The translations under genes and the position numbers were made by a program. From the NCBI GenBank assembly GCA_049968515.1, contig JBMFQR010000004.1:6145-70144 (forward strand): a DNA stretch of 64,000 bases. Reading direction: 5' to 3'. Positions 26,731-36,233 of this stretch are shown piece by piece. Within the stretch, counting starts at the first letter, position 1, and each line of letters starts with the position of its first letter. The DNA is from Brevinematia bacterium (GTDB lineage: Bacteria; Spirochaetota; Brevinematia; Brevinematales; JAOACQ01). The notes under the pieces were generated by a model. The model was not told where the DNA came from. It worked only from the letters and a program-made list of their open reading frames with translations, and searched no databases.

Positions 26731-27651
26731 TTACTGAACATTATCTTCCAAAAAGCTATATGTCCCATAAAAAGAGGGCTGAATTTCTTTTCTTCTGGCT
26801 GCTTTTTCTGGATAATTTGAGTTATAAAGCTCCATTATCTTTTTTATAAACATCACATCAATATTATGACCACCTCTATAAGAAATTATATAACCCTTGA
26901 CTTCAAAAGGAAGCAGAGCAAGCGCACCAAGTAGATCCAGAACTTTATGTCTTACAGGTTCATCGTCATATCTTGATTGGTTGATACACTTGTTTTCCTT
27001 TTTGCTGAAAACATGAACATTCTCAAAGTTTGCACCAAGTATCAGCCCCTGTCTGGTATACTCGTCTATATCCTCTATAAATCCGAAAGTCCTTGCATTT
27101 GCAATATGCCTTATATAGTTATCGGTCGAAAAATCAAAGTTTATATTCTGCATCCCTATTGGAGAATTCGGAAATGAAATAGTGTAGTTAATCTTGAGAC
27201 CATTATATGGCAGTACAACTATAAATTTATCCTCTAGTCTTACCCATACAGGAGAGATAACTATGAACTCCGGTTTATCGGCAGATTGGGGGATTATCCC
27301 TACCTCATTTATTTTTGTTACAAAATCTCTTGCACTTCCATCAAGGATGGGAATTTCTTTCCCATTCATTTCAATAATGCAGTTGTCAATCTTAAGACTT
27401 GAAAGGGCAGATGTAAGATGCTCCACAGTCTTTATGACAACCCTTCCGTTACTCAAAGAAATGTTATTCTTTGTGTCGATAACAAAATCAGGCAAGAATG
27501 GTATAAACTCTTTATTTCTTGTGTCATTGTAGACAAAGACTATCCCTGTATCTTCAGGAGCTGGCTTTAAAATTATTTTTACCTTATCTCCACTATGAAG
27601 TCCCACACCTTCAAAAACTGCCTCTCCCTTAATTGTATTTTGCTTTCTCAT
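26731..27651 (-). CDS. lpxC: UDP-3-O-acyl-N-acetylglucosamine deacetylase LpxC
   Basis: From ATG 27651: 'MRKQNTIKGEAVFEGVGLHSGDKV...TVEHLTSALSSLKIDN...HKVLDLLGALALL...GGHNIDVMF' are LpxC signatures. The upstream part of the listed ORF is hydrophobic junk. Confidence 0.85.
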   Translation of the reverse strand: MRKQNTIKGEAVFEGVGLHSGDKVKIILKPAPEDTGIVFVYNDTRNKEFIPFLPDFVIDTKNNISLSNGRVVIKTVEHLTSALSSLKIDNCIIEMNGKEIPILDGSARDFVTKINEVGIIPQSADKPEFIVISPVWVRLEDKFIVVLPYNGLKINYTISFPNSPIGMQNINFDFSTDNYIRHIANARTFGFIEDIDEYTRQGLILGANFENVHVFSKKENKCINQSRYDDEPVRHKVLDLLGALALLPFEVKGYIISYRGGHNIDVMFIKKIMELYNSNYPEKAARRKEIQPSFYGTYSFLEDNVQ

Positions 27652-27781
27652 AAAATCCTCTGCGGTTATATAGCAAGAATTATACCAGATCAAATTAACT
27701 TTTGTTTTCCTGTAGGATAAAGAAATTAAGTAAGATGTATGAAAATTTAAAGTTATAAAGGTGTGAAAAAAAAGCAACACT

Positions 27782-28186
27782 TCACTGTGGATTATTTCTT
27801 AAAAAGTCTTCAAGTATCTTCTGCGCAGCAAATTTATCCACCTTTGATTTGATTTCCTTACTTTTTTTTCCCATAGTTCTTAATAAATTTTCAGCATAAA
27901 CTGTGGAATATGATTCGTTAAAATAGATAATTTCTACGGGAAGGATGCTTTTAAGTTTTTCTCCAAAAATATATACTTTTTTTTCTGACTTTTTTGAGTT
28001 TTTGAAAACTGGCAGTCCTATTACAATTTTATCAAATTTGTAATACTCATAAAGTTTTTTTAATCTTTCAAAAAGCCACTCATCGTTCTTTAGGACATCA
28101 AGTGGGGAGGCAATAATTCTTAATTCGTCGCTTATTGCAATCCCGATTCGCTTTTCTCCATAATCAATTGCTAAAATCCTGCCCAT
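27782..28186 (-). CDS. ruvX: Holliday-junction-resolvase-like pre-16S rRNA nuclease YqgF/RuvX
   Basis: 'MGRILAIDYGEKRIGIAISD' is the N-terminal YqgF motif. Size is 134 aa. Confidence 0.8.
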   Translation of the reverse strand: MGRILAIDYGEKRIGIAISDELRIIASPLDVLKNDEWLFERLKKLYEYYKFDKIVIGLPVFKNSKKSEKKVYIFGEKLKSILPVEIIYFNESYSTVYAENLLRTMGKKSKEIKSKVDKFAAQKILEDFLRNNPQ

Positions 28187-29324
28187 TTTTTAAATCCATA
28201 AGAATTTTTTCTGCTACCTTTCTAAGTATAGGTGGAGAACCAAGTTTTTCCTTAATTATCCTGCAATTATTCAAAAAGATTTTTCTTTCATCTTCACCCA
28301 TATTGATTAATCGAAGAGCCTCATCAGAAATTTTATATTCGTTACATTCCTTCTGGAGAAGTTCAGGAAAGACCTTTTTATCAAGAATGATATTTGGCAT
28401 TCCAATCATCTTCTTCTTTACAAGAAGACTTCCCAGAAAAAATGATAAATTTGAGATTTTATAGCATATTATAACTGGCTTTTCAAATATAGCACTTTCA
28501 AGTGTGGTAGTTCCGGATGCAGCTATGATTAAATCTGAAGCCTTCATTATTGAATAGGCCTCATTTTCAATAAGTTTAATGTTGTTAAGTCCATATTTTT
28601 CAATCTTTTTTGAAATTATTGGGAAGAAATCTGGATGGGCGGATGAGACAATAAATTCTGCCTCAATATTTTTGGATATTAAATTAACCGATTTAAGCAT
28701 AATCTCCGTGAGATTATTCACTTCCTGATATCTGCTTCCGGGAAATATACCTATTATTTTTTTCTTTCTGTCAATTTTATATTTTTCATAAAAACCTTCA
28801 TCAAACCTGAAATTTTCAATATTTTCTAAAATTGGATGTCCGTAATAAAATGCTTTATCGGTATATTTTTTATAAACAAGATAATCATCATAGAATGTTA
28901 CAAAAAGAGCATTAACATATCTTGCTAATTTTGGTGCATTCCATTTTCCCCATATAGATACATGCGGTGGAAAGTAATAGTAAACAGGAATTTTTAATTT
29001 TTTGCAAAATTTTGCTAGTGGAATATTAAAACCCTGGTGATCAACAAGAATAACTGCCATTACTTTGTTTTCTTTAAGATAATTTGTTGTAATCTTCCAG
29101 ATTTTGCTATGGAAGTTCATAAATCTTAATGAGTCGGTCAGTCCTATTGCACTGTGTGTGACAGTTTCTTCAGAAATGAATCTCACCCCCTCCCTTAACA
29201 TATTTTTACCACCATTTCCCACAAAAATTAGGGAGGGATCAAGCTTTTTCAGTTCTCTTATAAGATTTGCAGAGTGTATATCCCCTGAAATCTCACCTGC
29301 AGAAAAAAATAATCTTTTATTCAT
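28164..29324 (-). CDS. lpxB: Lipid-A-disaccharide synthase LpxB
   Basis: 'FFSAGEISGDIHSANLIRELKK' N-terminus, 'PPHVSIWGKW', and the GT19 fold length (386 aa). Lies between lpxA and ruvX. Confidence 0.8.
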   Translation of the reverse strand: MNKRLFFSAGEISGDIHSANLIRELKKLDPSLIFVGNGGKNMLREGVRFISEETVTHSAIGLTDSLRFMNFHSKIWKITTNYLKENKVMAVILVDHQGFNIPLAKFCKKLKIPVYYYFPPHVSIWGKWNAPKLARYVNALFVTFYDDYLVYKKYTDKAFYYGHPILENIENFRFDEGFYEKYKIDRKKKIIGIFPGSRYQEVNNLTEIMLKSVNLISKNIEAEFIVSSAHPDFFPIISKKIEKYGLNNIKLIENEAYSIMKASDLIIAASGTTTLESAIFEKPVIICYKISNLSFFLGSLLVKKKMIGMPNIILDKKVFPELLQKECNEYKISDEALRLINMGEDERKIFLNNCRIIKEKLGSPPILRKVAEKILMDLKNGQDFSN

Positions 29325-30108
29325 AATGACAATTCAAAATTCCTCTTTTTGAAGCTTTCACAAACTCAATAATGTGCCTGACATACTGGTTTGAACTGTA
29401 TTCTCTTTCAAGGATCGCAAGAGATTCGCTTCTTGTCCTTGTTATATCATACAATATCTTATAGGCTTCTTTTATAACGTTTCTATCTTCCTGACCTATT
29501 CCCCTTCTCTTTAAGCCAACTGAGTTAATACCTCTGTATTCTGCAGGGCTACCCTCAACAAGTGAGTAGGGGGGAACATCCTGTGGTATTTTACTGAGTC
29601 CCGAGGCAATTGAATATTCACCAATTCTTGTATGTTGATGAACTGCCACATTACCAGAAAGAAAGACAAAATCTTCGACTGTGACATATCCGGCAAGCAA
29701 ACATCCATTCGCAAGAACGACATTTTTGCCAAGTTTGCAGTTATGGGCAACATGGCTATTGGCCATTAGAAAACACTCATTCCCCACTATGGTTTTTTCT
29801 CCACTTCCTCCACTTACGGGAGTATGGATTGTAACGCCCTCTCTTATTATACAGTTTTCTCCGATTTCAATAAGTCCCTTTTCTCCATTATATGAATAGT
29901 CCTGTGGTGCTTCACCTATTGCAGCAAAAGAAACTATTCTTGTGCCTCTGCCGATTTTTACCCATCCAGTAATTCTTACAAGAGGACCTATCTCACAACC
30001 ATCTGAAATTTCAATATCACCATCGATGACACAGTAAGGATGAATTTTCACATTATTACCGAGTTTCACATCTTTTCCCAAAACTGCGGTTGGATGGATA
30101 TCAGTCAT
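29317..30108 (-). CDS. lpxA: Acyl-ACP--UDP-GlcNAc O-acyltransferase LpxA
   Basis: 'IHPTAVLGKDVKLGNNVKIHPYCVI' hexapeptide repeats, 'GNECFLMANSHVAHNCKLG' (catalytic His), and a helical C-terminal domain. ATG at 30108 overlaps the STAS stop. Confidence 0.85.
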   Translation of the reverse strand: MTDIHPTAVLGKDVKLGNNVKIHPYCVIDGDIEISDGCEIGPLVRITGWVKIGRGTRIVSFAAIGEAPQDYSYNGEKGLIEIGENCIIREGVTIHTPVSGGSGEKTIVGNECFLMANSHVAHNCKLGKNVVLANGCLLAGYVTVEDFVFLSGNVAVHQHTRIGEYSIASGLSKIPQDVPPYSLVEGSPAEYRGINSVGLKRRGIGQEDRNVIKEAYKILYDITRTRSESLAILEREYSSNQYVRHIIEFVKASKRGILNCHYE

Positions 30109-30613
30109 TTTTGTTCCTTTCAAGCTCTTTTTTCAGTAGTTCTTCGACTAAAGCAAACCTCTTTTTATTTTCTGGAGTTAGTTCCATAAGATTCTGATGC
30201 GATTCTAATAAAAGCTTTATACTCTTATAATTTTTTTCAAGTTTCTTTTCGATTTCTTCTGTCAGGGAGATGTTTTTAAATTTTTCTCCCTCCTGAAGTG
30301 GTATAATTTCAAGCAGTCCCATATTTGAAAGAATTTCTTTAACCTTTTCTGAAGGATTTAAGATAATAACATCCGATTCTTTTGATTTCTTTTTTAACTT
30401 TTTTTGAACAGATATGATAATGCCAATGAATGAACTATCAAGATAGGTAGCGGAGGAAAGTTCAAAATATACGTCATCAACCTTTTCGGTTTCTATTTTT
30501 TCGGATAGATACATAAAAAGATCGGAACAGAACTCCATTGTTCCTTTTCCGTCTACTTTTATTATATAGCTATCCTTTGCTTTACCAACAAGAACCTTTG
30601 AGGGCTCAGCCAT
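30101..30613 (-). CDS. STAS-domain protein (anti-sigma-antagonist fold) with helical C-terminal extension
   Basis: 'VDDVYFELSSATYLDSSFIGIIISVQKKL...VIILNPSEKVKEILSNMGL' fits the STAS/SpoIIAA topology. No partner kinase or phosphatase is nearby. Confidence 0.55.
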   Translation of the reverse strand: MAEPSKVLVGKAKDSYIIKVDGKGTMEFCSDLFMYLSEKIETEKVDDVYFELSSATYLDSSFIGIIISVQKKLKKKSKESDVIILNPSEKVKEILSNMGLLEIIPLQEGEKFKNISLTEEIEKKLEKNYKSIKLLLESHQNLMELTPENKKRFALVEELLKKELERNKND

Positions 30614-30639
30614 AATTTCTCCTGTATGATAAGCCTTGT

Positions 30640-31086
30640 CTAAAAATCAAATTCTTTACTGGAGTATTGAGAATTTGAAACATTTTGATGAAAAATCTCG
30701 TCAATTTCATTTTTATTGAGTATTTTTGCTTCTCCTGTAAAAACCATCCCCTCTTCTCCCTTAAATTTTTTTGTCCAAAGATTTCCTATAAGCTTTCCGG
30801 TGGAAAGAATATCGACCCTTTCAGTGCAATAGATACTACCTTTGACCTTTCCTCCAATTCTTACAGATCTTGCATAAATGTCACCAATAATCCTTCCCTT
30901 TTCACCCACAAGAACTGTACCAAAACTCCTTATTGTTCCCTTGAAGTCACCATCAATCCTTAAAAGACCATCAGAGCGAAACTCTCCAGAAAAGGAATTT
31001 TTAATGCCTATAACACTGTTTGAAAAAATCTGGCCATTGCCCTCTTTTTCATACTTTATTTCATTAAGTGCTTCATTTTCTGACAC
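30640..31086 (-). CDS. Bactofilin (DUF583) cytoskeletal protein
   Basis: Repetitive beta-helix motif: 'LRIDGDFKGTIRSFGTVLVGEKGRIIGDIYARSVRIGGKVKGSIYCTERVDILSTGKLIGNL'. Confidence 0.75.
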   Translation of the reverse strand: MSENEALNEIKYEKEGNGQIFSNSVIGIKNSFSGEFRSDGLLRIDGDFKGTIRSFGTVLVGEKGRIIGDIYARSVRIGGKVKGSIYCTERVDILSTGKLIGNLWTKKFKGEEGMVFTGEAKILNKNEIDEIFHQNVSNSQYSSKEFDF

Positions 31087-31119
31087 ATACTCCCCCGCTT
31101 TTTTATTAAAAAAGTTTTT

Positions 31120-32145
31120 TTATTGCAACATCTGAGTGAACGGGAGAGGATCAATTGGTTGTCCCCCCACTCTCACTTCAAAATGTAAATGGTAGCCTGT
31201 GGATTTTCCTGTCGAACCCACAAAGCCTATTGTTTGTCCCCTGCTTATAACTGCGCCGGGAAAGACTCCAGAGTTAAAGCCCATAAGATGGCCATATCTT
31301 GTGGAAAATCCATACTTGTGCTCAATTTCGACCATCCAGCCATAACCACCCATCCATCCGGCAAACTTTACAACCCCATTTGCAGCAGCAAGCACAGGAG
31401 TGCCGGGGACAACAACCATATCCAGTCCCTGATGAAATTCTCTTGTCCAGGGATAGACCGGATCCCTTCTGTAACCAAAGAAGGATGATATGTAAGCCTT
31501 CATTGTCAGAGGATACTGGGATGGTATCTCTTTCAAAAGCCTTTCATATGAATTCTTAAAAATGCCGACCCTGTAAATATCATTTTCCAGTGTTTTAAGC
31601 TCATTTTTTAACTTCTCTAATTCATTCAGCTCCCGTGGAAGATCTTTTGCAGTAGCTTCTTCTCCAACCCTCAGGTCCTTAATCTCACTTTTGGTTTCTT
31701 CTTCTCTTTTTATTACCTTCCCTATGTCTACCTTGAAGGCAGTAAATCTTCTTGAAAAGCTGTCTATGGCTTTCTTGTATTCTGCGATTAATGCCTTGTT
31801 GTATTCGCTCTGTGTTTTCAAAAAGATTAGCTGTCTCTGTGTTTGCTGATTATTAGATATGGCAATAACGGAGGAAATTACTATCACAATGAGGATAAGT
31901 GAGAAGAAAAACATAATATAATTTGAAATCTGTATATTTATAATTCTCTTTTCAGAATGGGGAACAATCATTAAGGTAAGCTTTTGTGAGCCTTTCTGGT
32001 GAATTCTGTAAGTTATTTTCTGTATTTCTCTCTTGAAGTTAGTAGATACCTCTTCACACTTTTCTTTAAACTTTGCCCATTTTGATTTTTTATACATTTC
32101 AGCCTTTGATTTAAAGGCTGGTTTTTTTATTATTTCTTTTGCCAT
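31120..32145 (-). CDS. M23 (LytM-type) peptidoglycan endopeptidase with N-terminal TM and coiled coil
   Basis: 'HQGLDMVVVPGTPVLAAANGVV...GYGWMVEIEH..GFSTRYGHL...GSTGKSTGYHLHFEV' contains the HxxxD and HxH M23 motifs. Confidence 0.8.
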   Translation of the reverse strand: MAKEIIKKPAFKSKAEMYKKSKWAKFKEKCEEVSTNFKREIQKITYRIHQKGSQKLTLMIVPHSEKRIINIQISNYIMFFFSLILIVIVISSVIAISNNQQTQRQLIFLKTQSEYNKALIAEYKKAIDSFSRRFTAFKVDIGKVIKREEETKSEIKDLRVGEEATAKDLPRELNELEKLKNELKTLENDIYRVGIFKNSYERLLKEIPSQYPLTMKAYISSFFGYRRDPVYPWTREFHQGLDMVVVPGTPVLAAANGVVKFAGWMGGYGWMVEIEHKYGFSTRYGHLMGFNSGVFPGAVISRGQTIGFVGSTGKSTGYHLHFEVRVGGQPIDPLPFTQMLQ

Positions 32146-32207
32146 ATATTTTCCTCCATAAAGAAAATTTTAATTTTTTGAAACACTTCCTCATTATAAG
32201 CCCTTCT

Positions 32208-32236
32208 ATTATAAAATCAAGTTAAAACAAATTCAA
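32208..32236 (-). promoter_or_regulatory. Consensus-like sigma70 promoter for the M23-bactofilin-...-lpx block
   Basis: Minus strand: TTGAAT (32236-32231), 17 nt, TATAAT (32213-32208). A second TTGATT-16-TATAAT lies just downstream (TATAAT at 32198-32193). Confidence 0.5.
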
Positions 32237-32290
32237 GATTTTTTTGTTAATTATTCCTGAAATATGCTATATAAAAAATTGCCAGTTAAT

Positions 32291-32364
32291 TCGGGTCACC
32301 GGGACTTGAACCCGGGGCCTCCTGGTCCCGAACCAGGCGCGCTACCAAACTGCGCTATGACCCG
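32291..32364 (-). tRNA. tRNA-Pro (anticodon CGG)
   Basis: Reverse complement folds as a 74-nt cloverleaf: CGGGTCA/TGACCCG acceptor, GCGC/GCGC D stem, CCTGG-TTCGGGA-CCAGG anticodon arm (CGG), CCGGG-TTCAAGT-CCCGG T arm. CCA is not encoded. Confidence 0.92.
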
Positions 32365-32487
32365 CAATAAGCAAAAAATTTTACTGATAAGTTCTGGCGC
32401 CGCAGAATATGACAGCTATTTAATTCTAAAAAATATTTTGTTTTATGTCAATTTATATTAAAATAAATTGCGTGGTTTCTATTTGTT

Positions 32488-33879
32488 ATGAAAAGTTTTA
32501 GTATTTTTCCTTATCTTTTTCTCCCTTTGACAGTAAGGATTCTTGAGGTTAAAAAGGTAGACTTTCATTATGATTTTGAAATGGGAATAAAGTTTAATTT
32601 AATAATTGGAAATGAGAGATTTGGTGAGATATATCTTCTTACAAATCAAGAAATTGATGATGATAATTATCTTTTTTACAAAAGATTACTGGATGAAATT
32701 ACCGATACAAAATTTTTGAGAACATTGCTTAAAAAGAAGGTTCATATTCAGAATAGAGGTTTCATAGGGAAAGATTTCCATTTTGAAAAATCTACTGGCT
32801 TTTCTTTTGAAAAGTCAATGAAAGATTTTAAGTTGCTTGCTGATTTTGTATTAAATGATGGAATTCTAAAGAAGTTTTTTGATTATTTTGAGATTAAAGA
32901 GGGAGATATATCCTTGCTTGAAAAAAAGATATATCAGCTTCTTGTGTCTCCTACAGTGGACATAGAAAGATATCTTTTTCAGCTGCCGGATAATAAGCTT
33001 CAACTTTTACTCAATCATATTTTGTCGAAAAAAATAGCCTCAGTTGATATGCTTGCTTCCTACATAAGAAACTTAAAAGAGGGGGGTGAAAAAATAATCC
33101 GGAATCTTTCGAGCAGGGTAAGAAAAGAGGTGGAAGAAAAGGTAAGAAGTGGTAGAATATTTTCTACATACAGGTGGGCTGAGGAGGTAAGTTACATTAT
33201 TAATAGAAATCTCCTTGTTGCTTCAAGAGAACTGGATATATCGCTACCATTTTTCCAGAGGTTTGAATTTATTAGAAAAGCCTATGAAGTAGCAATATTG
33301 AGAAAACAGATAGAAAGAAAGTCCTTGTCAGAGTGGCTGATTGAATTTTCTAAGGAAAAAAGAAATAAGGTTATTCTTTCAACTCCTCGAAAAATACTTG
33401 TTGAGGCATTAACATTTGTTGACAGAAAAGAAATTGAAGAGATTTTTTCCGGGATAATATCTAAAAATGGAATAAAACTTTTGATAGAGGATGTTGAGTT
33501 TGCTTTTCAGTTAAGCGAGGAAGAAAGATTTTACTCTCTTTTGAAGATTTTCAGGATTTTGAGAGAGATATATTACGAAGATATGTTATCAGGGCTTGAT
33601 TTTGAAGTAGAAGTTAGAAAAATTATAAAATCTCCTTTGGATCTTGAGCTTGTTGTTGATGAGATAGGATTTGCAAAAGCTTTATTTGCCTTGAAGGGAC
33701 TTGAAAAGGAATATATTGAAAAAATTATGAATGGCATATTAAAAAAGATATATGATGATTTGATAGCTGGTAAAATAATGATAAAGGAGCATTATGATTC
33801 AAGGATAAAAGAATACAGAAATTCATTTTTAAGGACATCCTTGATTCTTAAAGATGAAGGAAGATTGAGTGATTTTTAG
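32488..33879 (+). CDS. Hypothetical protein with three FliG-like (ARM-type) repeats
   Basis: 463-aa ORF. 'LPDNKLQLLLNHIL...NLSSRVRKEVEEKV', 'ILVEALTFVDRKEIEEIFSGIISKNGIKLLIEDVE' and 'FAKALFALKGLEKEYIEKIMNGI' resemble the FliG motifs 'LdD..lQlvLrev', 'ALALKGa.eelkekif.NMSkRaa..lkeel'. No obvious SD at 32488, so the start is uncertain. Confidence 0.45.
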   Translation: MKSFSIFPYLFLPLTVRILEVKKVDFHYDFEMGIKFNLIIGNERFGEIYLLTNQEIDDDNYLFYKRLLDEITDTKFLRTLLKKKVHIQNRGFIGKDFHFEKSTGFSFEKSMKDFKLLADFVLNDGILKKFFDYFEIKEGDISLLEKKIYQLLVSPTVDIERYLFQLPDNKLQLLLNHILSKKIASVDMLASYIRNLKEGGEKIIRNLSSRVRKEVEEKVRSGRIFSTYRWAEEVSYIINRNLLVASRELDISLPFFQRFEFIRKAYEVAILRKQIERKSLSEWLIEFSKEKRNKVILSTPRKILVEALTFVDRKEIEEIFSGIISKNGIKLLIEDVEFAFQLSEEERFYSLLKIFRILREIYYEDMLSGLDFEVEVRKIIKSPLDLELVVDEIGFAKALFALKGLEKEYIEKIMNGILKKIYDDLIAGKIMIKEHYDSRIKEYRNSFLRTSLILKDEGRLSDF

Positions 33880-33947
33880 TGGATTTTTTACCCACTTTGT
33901 TTTAAAATATAAATGATAATATAAGAATCAATTAACGGGAGTTAAAT

Positions 33948-34136
33948 ATGAAAAAGTTTTTCTTTCTTGCCTTCATAATCTCTTCTGGATTGATGGCAAT
34001 ATTAACTTGCTTGTTTGTTATTCTCTATTTCAGAGTTTTTCCGCATTTGTGGGTTTATGTTTATCCACTGAGCTTTGTTTTCGGTATTTTTCTGGGGATA
34101 CTTTTCTACGTAATAGTTAAAAAGTTTGTTGGTTAA
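33948..34136 (+). CDS. Small two-TM membrane protein (62 aa)
   Basis: GGGAG RBS 6 nt upstream. Two hydrophobic helices. Sits between the two larger genes on the same strand. Confidence 0.4.
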   Translation: MKKFFFLAFIISSGLMAILTCLFVILYFRVFPHLWVYVYPLSFVFGIFLGILFYVIVKKFVG

Positions 34137-34153
34137 GAATCCGGAGGTTTTTT

Positions 34154-36148
34154 ATGAAGATTTTTAGAATTGTTTCTGTGATTTTATTGACTTTTATTAC
34201 TGCTTTTTTAGTGCTCGGCAATGTTTTTCATAAAAACATAAGAAGGTATGTTGATGGTTCATATGTGGAACTTGAGTTGAATAATGAGATGATGAATGGT
34301 TTTGAAAAATTAAAAAAGGGCAATGCGGATTTTTTGCTTTATGTATACACAGATAAGAAGGTTTATAGAAACCTTGAAAAAATAACCATAGTGGCAAGGA
34401 TTGAAAGAAAATCTCCCCGTGAATTGGTTGAGGGTGCAAAACTCAAAGTTAGCCTTTATGATAAAGCAGGGAATATCATAAGAAATATAGATGGGAGTGA
34501 TAGTGTATTGCTTGTATATGATAAGAAGAACAAACTCTGGAAGGGGAATTTTTTTCCTATTAATACGGGGCTTGCGGGAGAAATAAAAATTGAAGTAACT
34601 GCATATATAGACACTCCTGAGGCAAGTGTATCCACAATTTATTCCGTATTTGTGGAAAGATCAAATTCCTTATATGTTTTACCTAAGGGACTTTCTTTTA
34701 TGGGAATCAATTCAATTGAACGTATTTCAAAAAGGATAATACTTTCTCTTTATGGCAAAGAAGTTGATTGGACTTATATACCTGAGTGGTTGAATACAAT
34801 TTCTGCAGATGGTGTGCTTATGAATGTTGGTCTGACCACAAGTTTTCAGGAGGAAATTACAATGACCTCCCCATGGAATAGGGAAAAGCTTGCTGAATCT
34901 GATGCCCTTGCAGAAAGATTATCTCAGAGAGGAATGAGTTTTGCAGGTTATATTAAAGCCTTGAAGATTGAAGGGGCATATGTTGATAAAATTGGTTATA
35001 ATCCCTCTTTTAATCTTACTGCCGATGGATTTTCAGAGGGTGGGTGTGTTTCTCTACTGGATGAGAATAGGAAAAACTCTCTTATGAAGCTTTTTGTTTC
35101 CCTTATTCAGAATAAAAACTATACATATGTGGGTTTGTCGGATCTTTACCTTTATAACGGAGAGGGTATTGAGCTTTGTGAGGTTTTCTTTAGAGATATA
35201 CAATTTGCTTCCTCTGAATGGGAGGATCTCGATTTTACAAATAAGATAAAATTTTTCAGTGAAAAATTAAGGAATAAGGAGCTCTTAGAGGTCTTTGAGA
35301 GGTGGAAAAAGTATTATATTGCAGGGTATATAAGGGAGATTGTTGAGGCGTCAGGACATACAAAACCGGTGTTTTATTATGTTGACTATGAAAACTTAAA
35401 GAAAGATTCTTCATTGATTGATGTTCTATTAAATAGTGGTGTTGATTTTGTTGTGGTTAATTTTAATATTCCTTACTTTGACCTTTTGAAGGAGATAAAT
35501 GCTCTAAGGAATGATTATCTTTCCCTTTATGCAGATAAGCTAATTTTTTCATATGAGATTGACTACAAAAAAAATCTGGAATCTTCAAGTCTAAAACAGG
35601 GTGGAATTGAAGTATATTTTAATCTTTATGTTACAGCTATAAAGGAGATGAGCAGGAAATTTAATGTTAAGGGAATAATGATTAATGACCTTTACAATGT
35701 TATGTCTGGTAAGCGAGGGCCATATTCTCCCCTCGAATGGATGTTTGGTGTGGGCAAGATAATATATAACTTTAAGTCAATTAACTCTAAAATGGCACTG
35801 GATATAGATTATTATTTTCCTATTAATATTGAGTATGAGAAGGAATTTGGGGTTTATTTTAAAATGAAAAATCTATCTGATAGGGTTGTAAGAAACCTGA
35901 AGGTTGATTTTATAGATGATGATGGTAATGTAATAAGCAAGGAGAACCTTTCGGGTGAGTTAAAAACAGGAGATTTTCAGGAGAAAAATTTCAATCTCTT
36001 GATAAAGGAAAGAGATAAAAGTATGATGAAAGACAGCCATCTGATTGGAATAAAACTAAGCTGGGAGGAGAAGACAGAAAAAGAAAATCCTATCTCAAGA
36101 AATTTTCTTTTCTTTGAAAACTTTAAGATTGCCTCTGTAACTAATTGA
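34154..36148 (+). CDS. Membrane-anchored 664-aa protein: N-terminal TM, Ig-like module, central alpha/beta (possibly TIM-barrel glycosidase-like) region, C-terminal beta-sandwich
   Basis: GGAGG RBS. TM 'IVSVILLTFITAFLVLG'. Domain assignment is from sequence texture only (inference). No catalytic motif recognised. Confidence 0.5.
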   Translation: MKIFRIVSVILLTFITAFLVLGNVFHKNIRRYVDGSYVELELNNEMMNGFEKLKKGNADFLLYVYTDKKVYRNLEKITIVARIERKSPRELVEGAKLKVSLYDKAGNIIRNIDGSDSVLLVYDKKNKLWKGNFFPINTGLAGEIKIEVTAYIDTPEASVSTIYSVFVERSNSLYVLPKGLSFMGINSIERISKRIILSLYGKEVDWTYIPEWLNTISADGVLMNVGLTTSFQEEITMTSPWNREKLAESDALAERLSQRGMSFAGYIKALKIEGAYVDKIGYNPSFNLTADGFSEGGCVSLLDENRKNSLMKLFVSLIQNKNYTYVGLSDLYLYNGEGIELCEVFFRDIQFASSEWEDLDFTNKIKFFSEKLRNKELLEVFERWKKYYIAGYIREIVEASGHTKPVFYYVDYENLKKDSSLIDVLLNSGVDFVVVNFNIPYFDLLKEINALRNDYLSLYADKLIFSYEIDYKKNLESSSLKQGGIEVYFNLYVTAIKEMSRKFNVKGIMINDLYNVMSGKRGPYSPLEWMFGVGKIIYNFKSINSKMALDIDYYFPINIEYEKEFGVYFKMKNLSDRVVRNLKVDFIDDDGNVISKENLSGELKTGDFQEKNFNLLIKERDKSMMKDSHLIGIKLSWEEKTEKENPISRNFLFFENFKIASVTN

Positions 36149-36233
36149 TTATCTTTATTAAACCTTGTATCTCTTTTCCCTTTGTGCATCCAAAAACTAT
36201 ACTTCAGTTTAAATAGAAGTTGCCAAAAAGGTT

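Noticed and set aside
32264-32461. 65-aa plus-strand ORF
   Set aside because: It overlaps the antisense of tRNA-Pro (32291-32364). The high-GC 'protein' text derives from the tRNA sequence.
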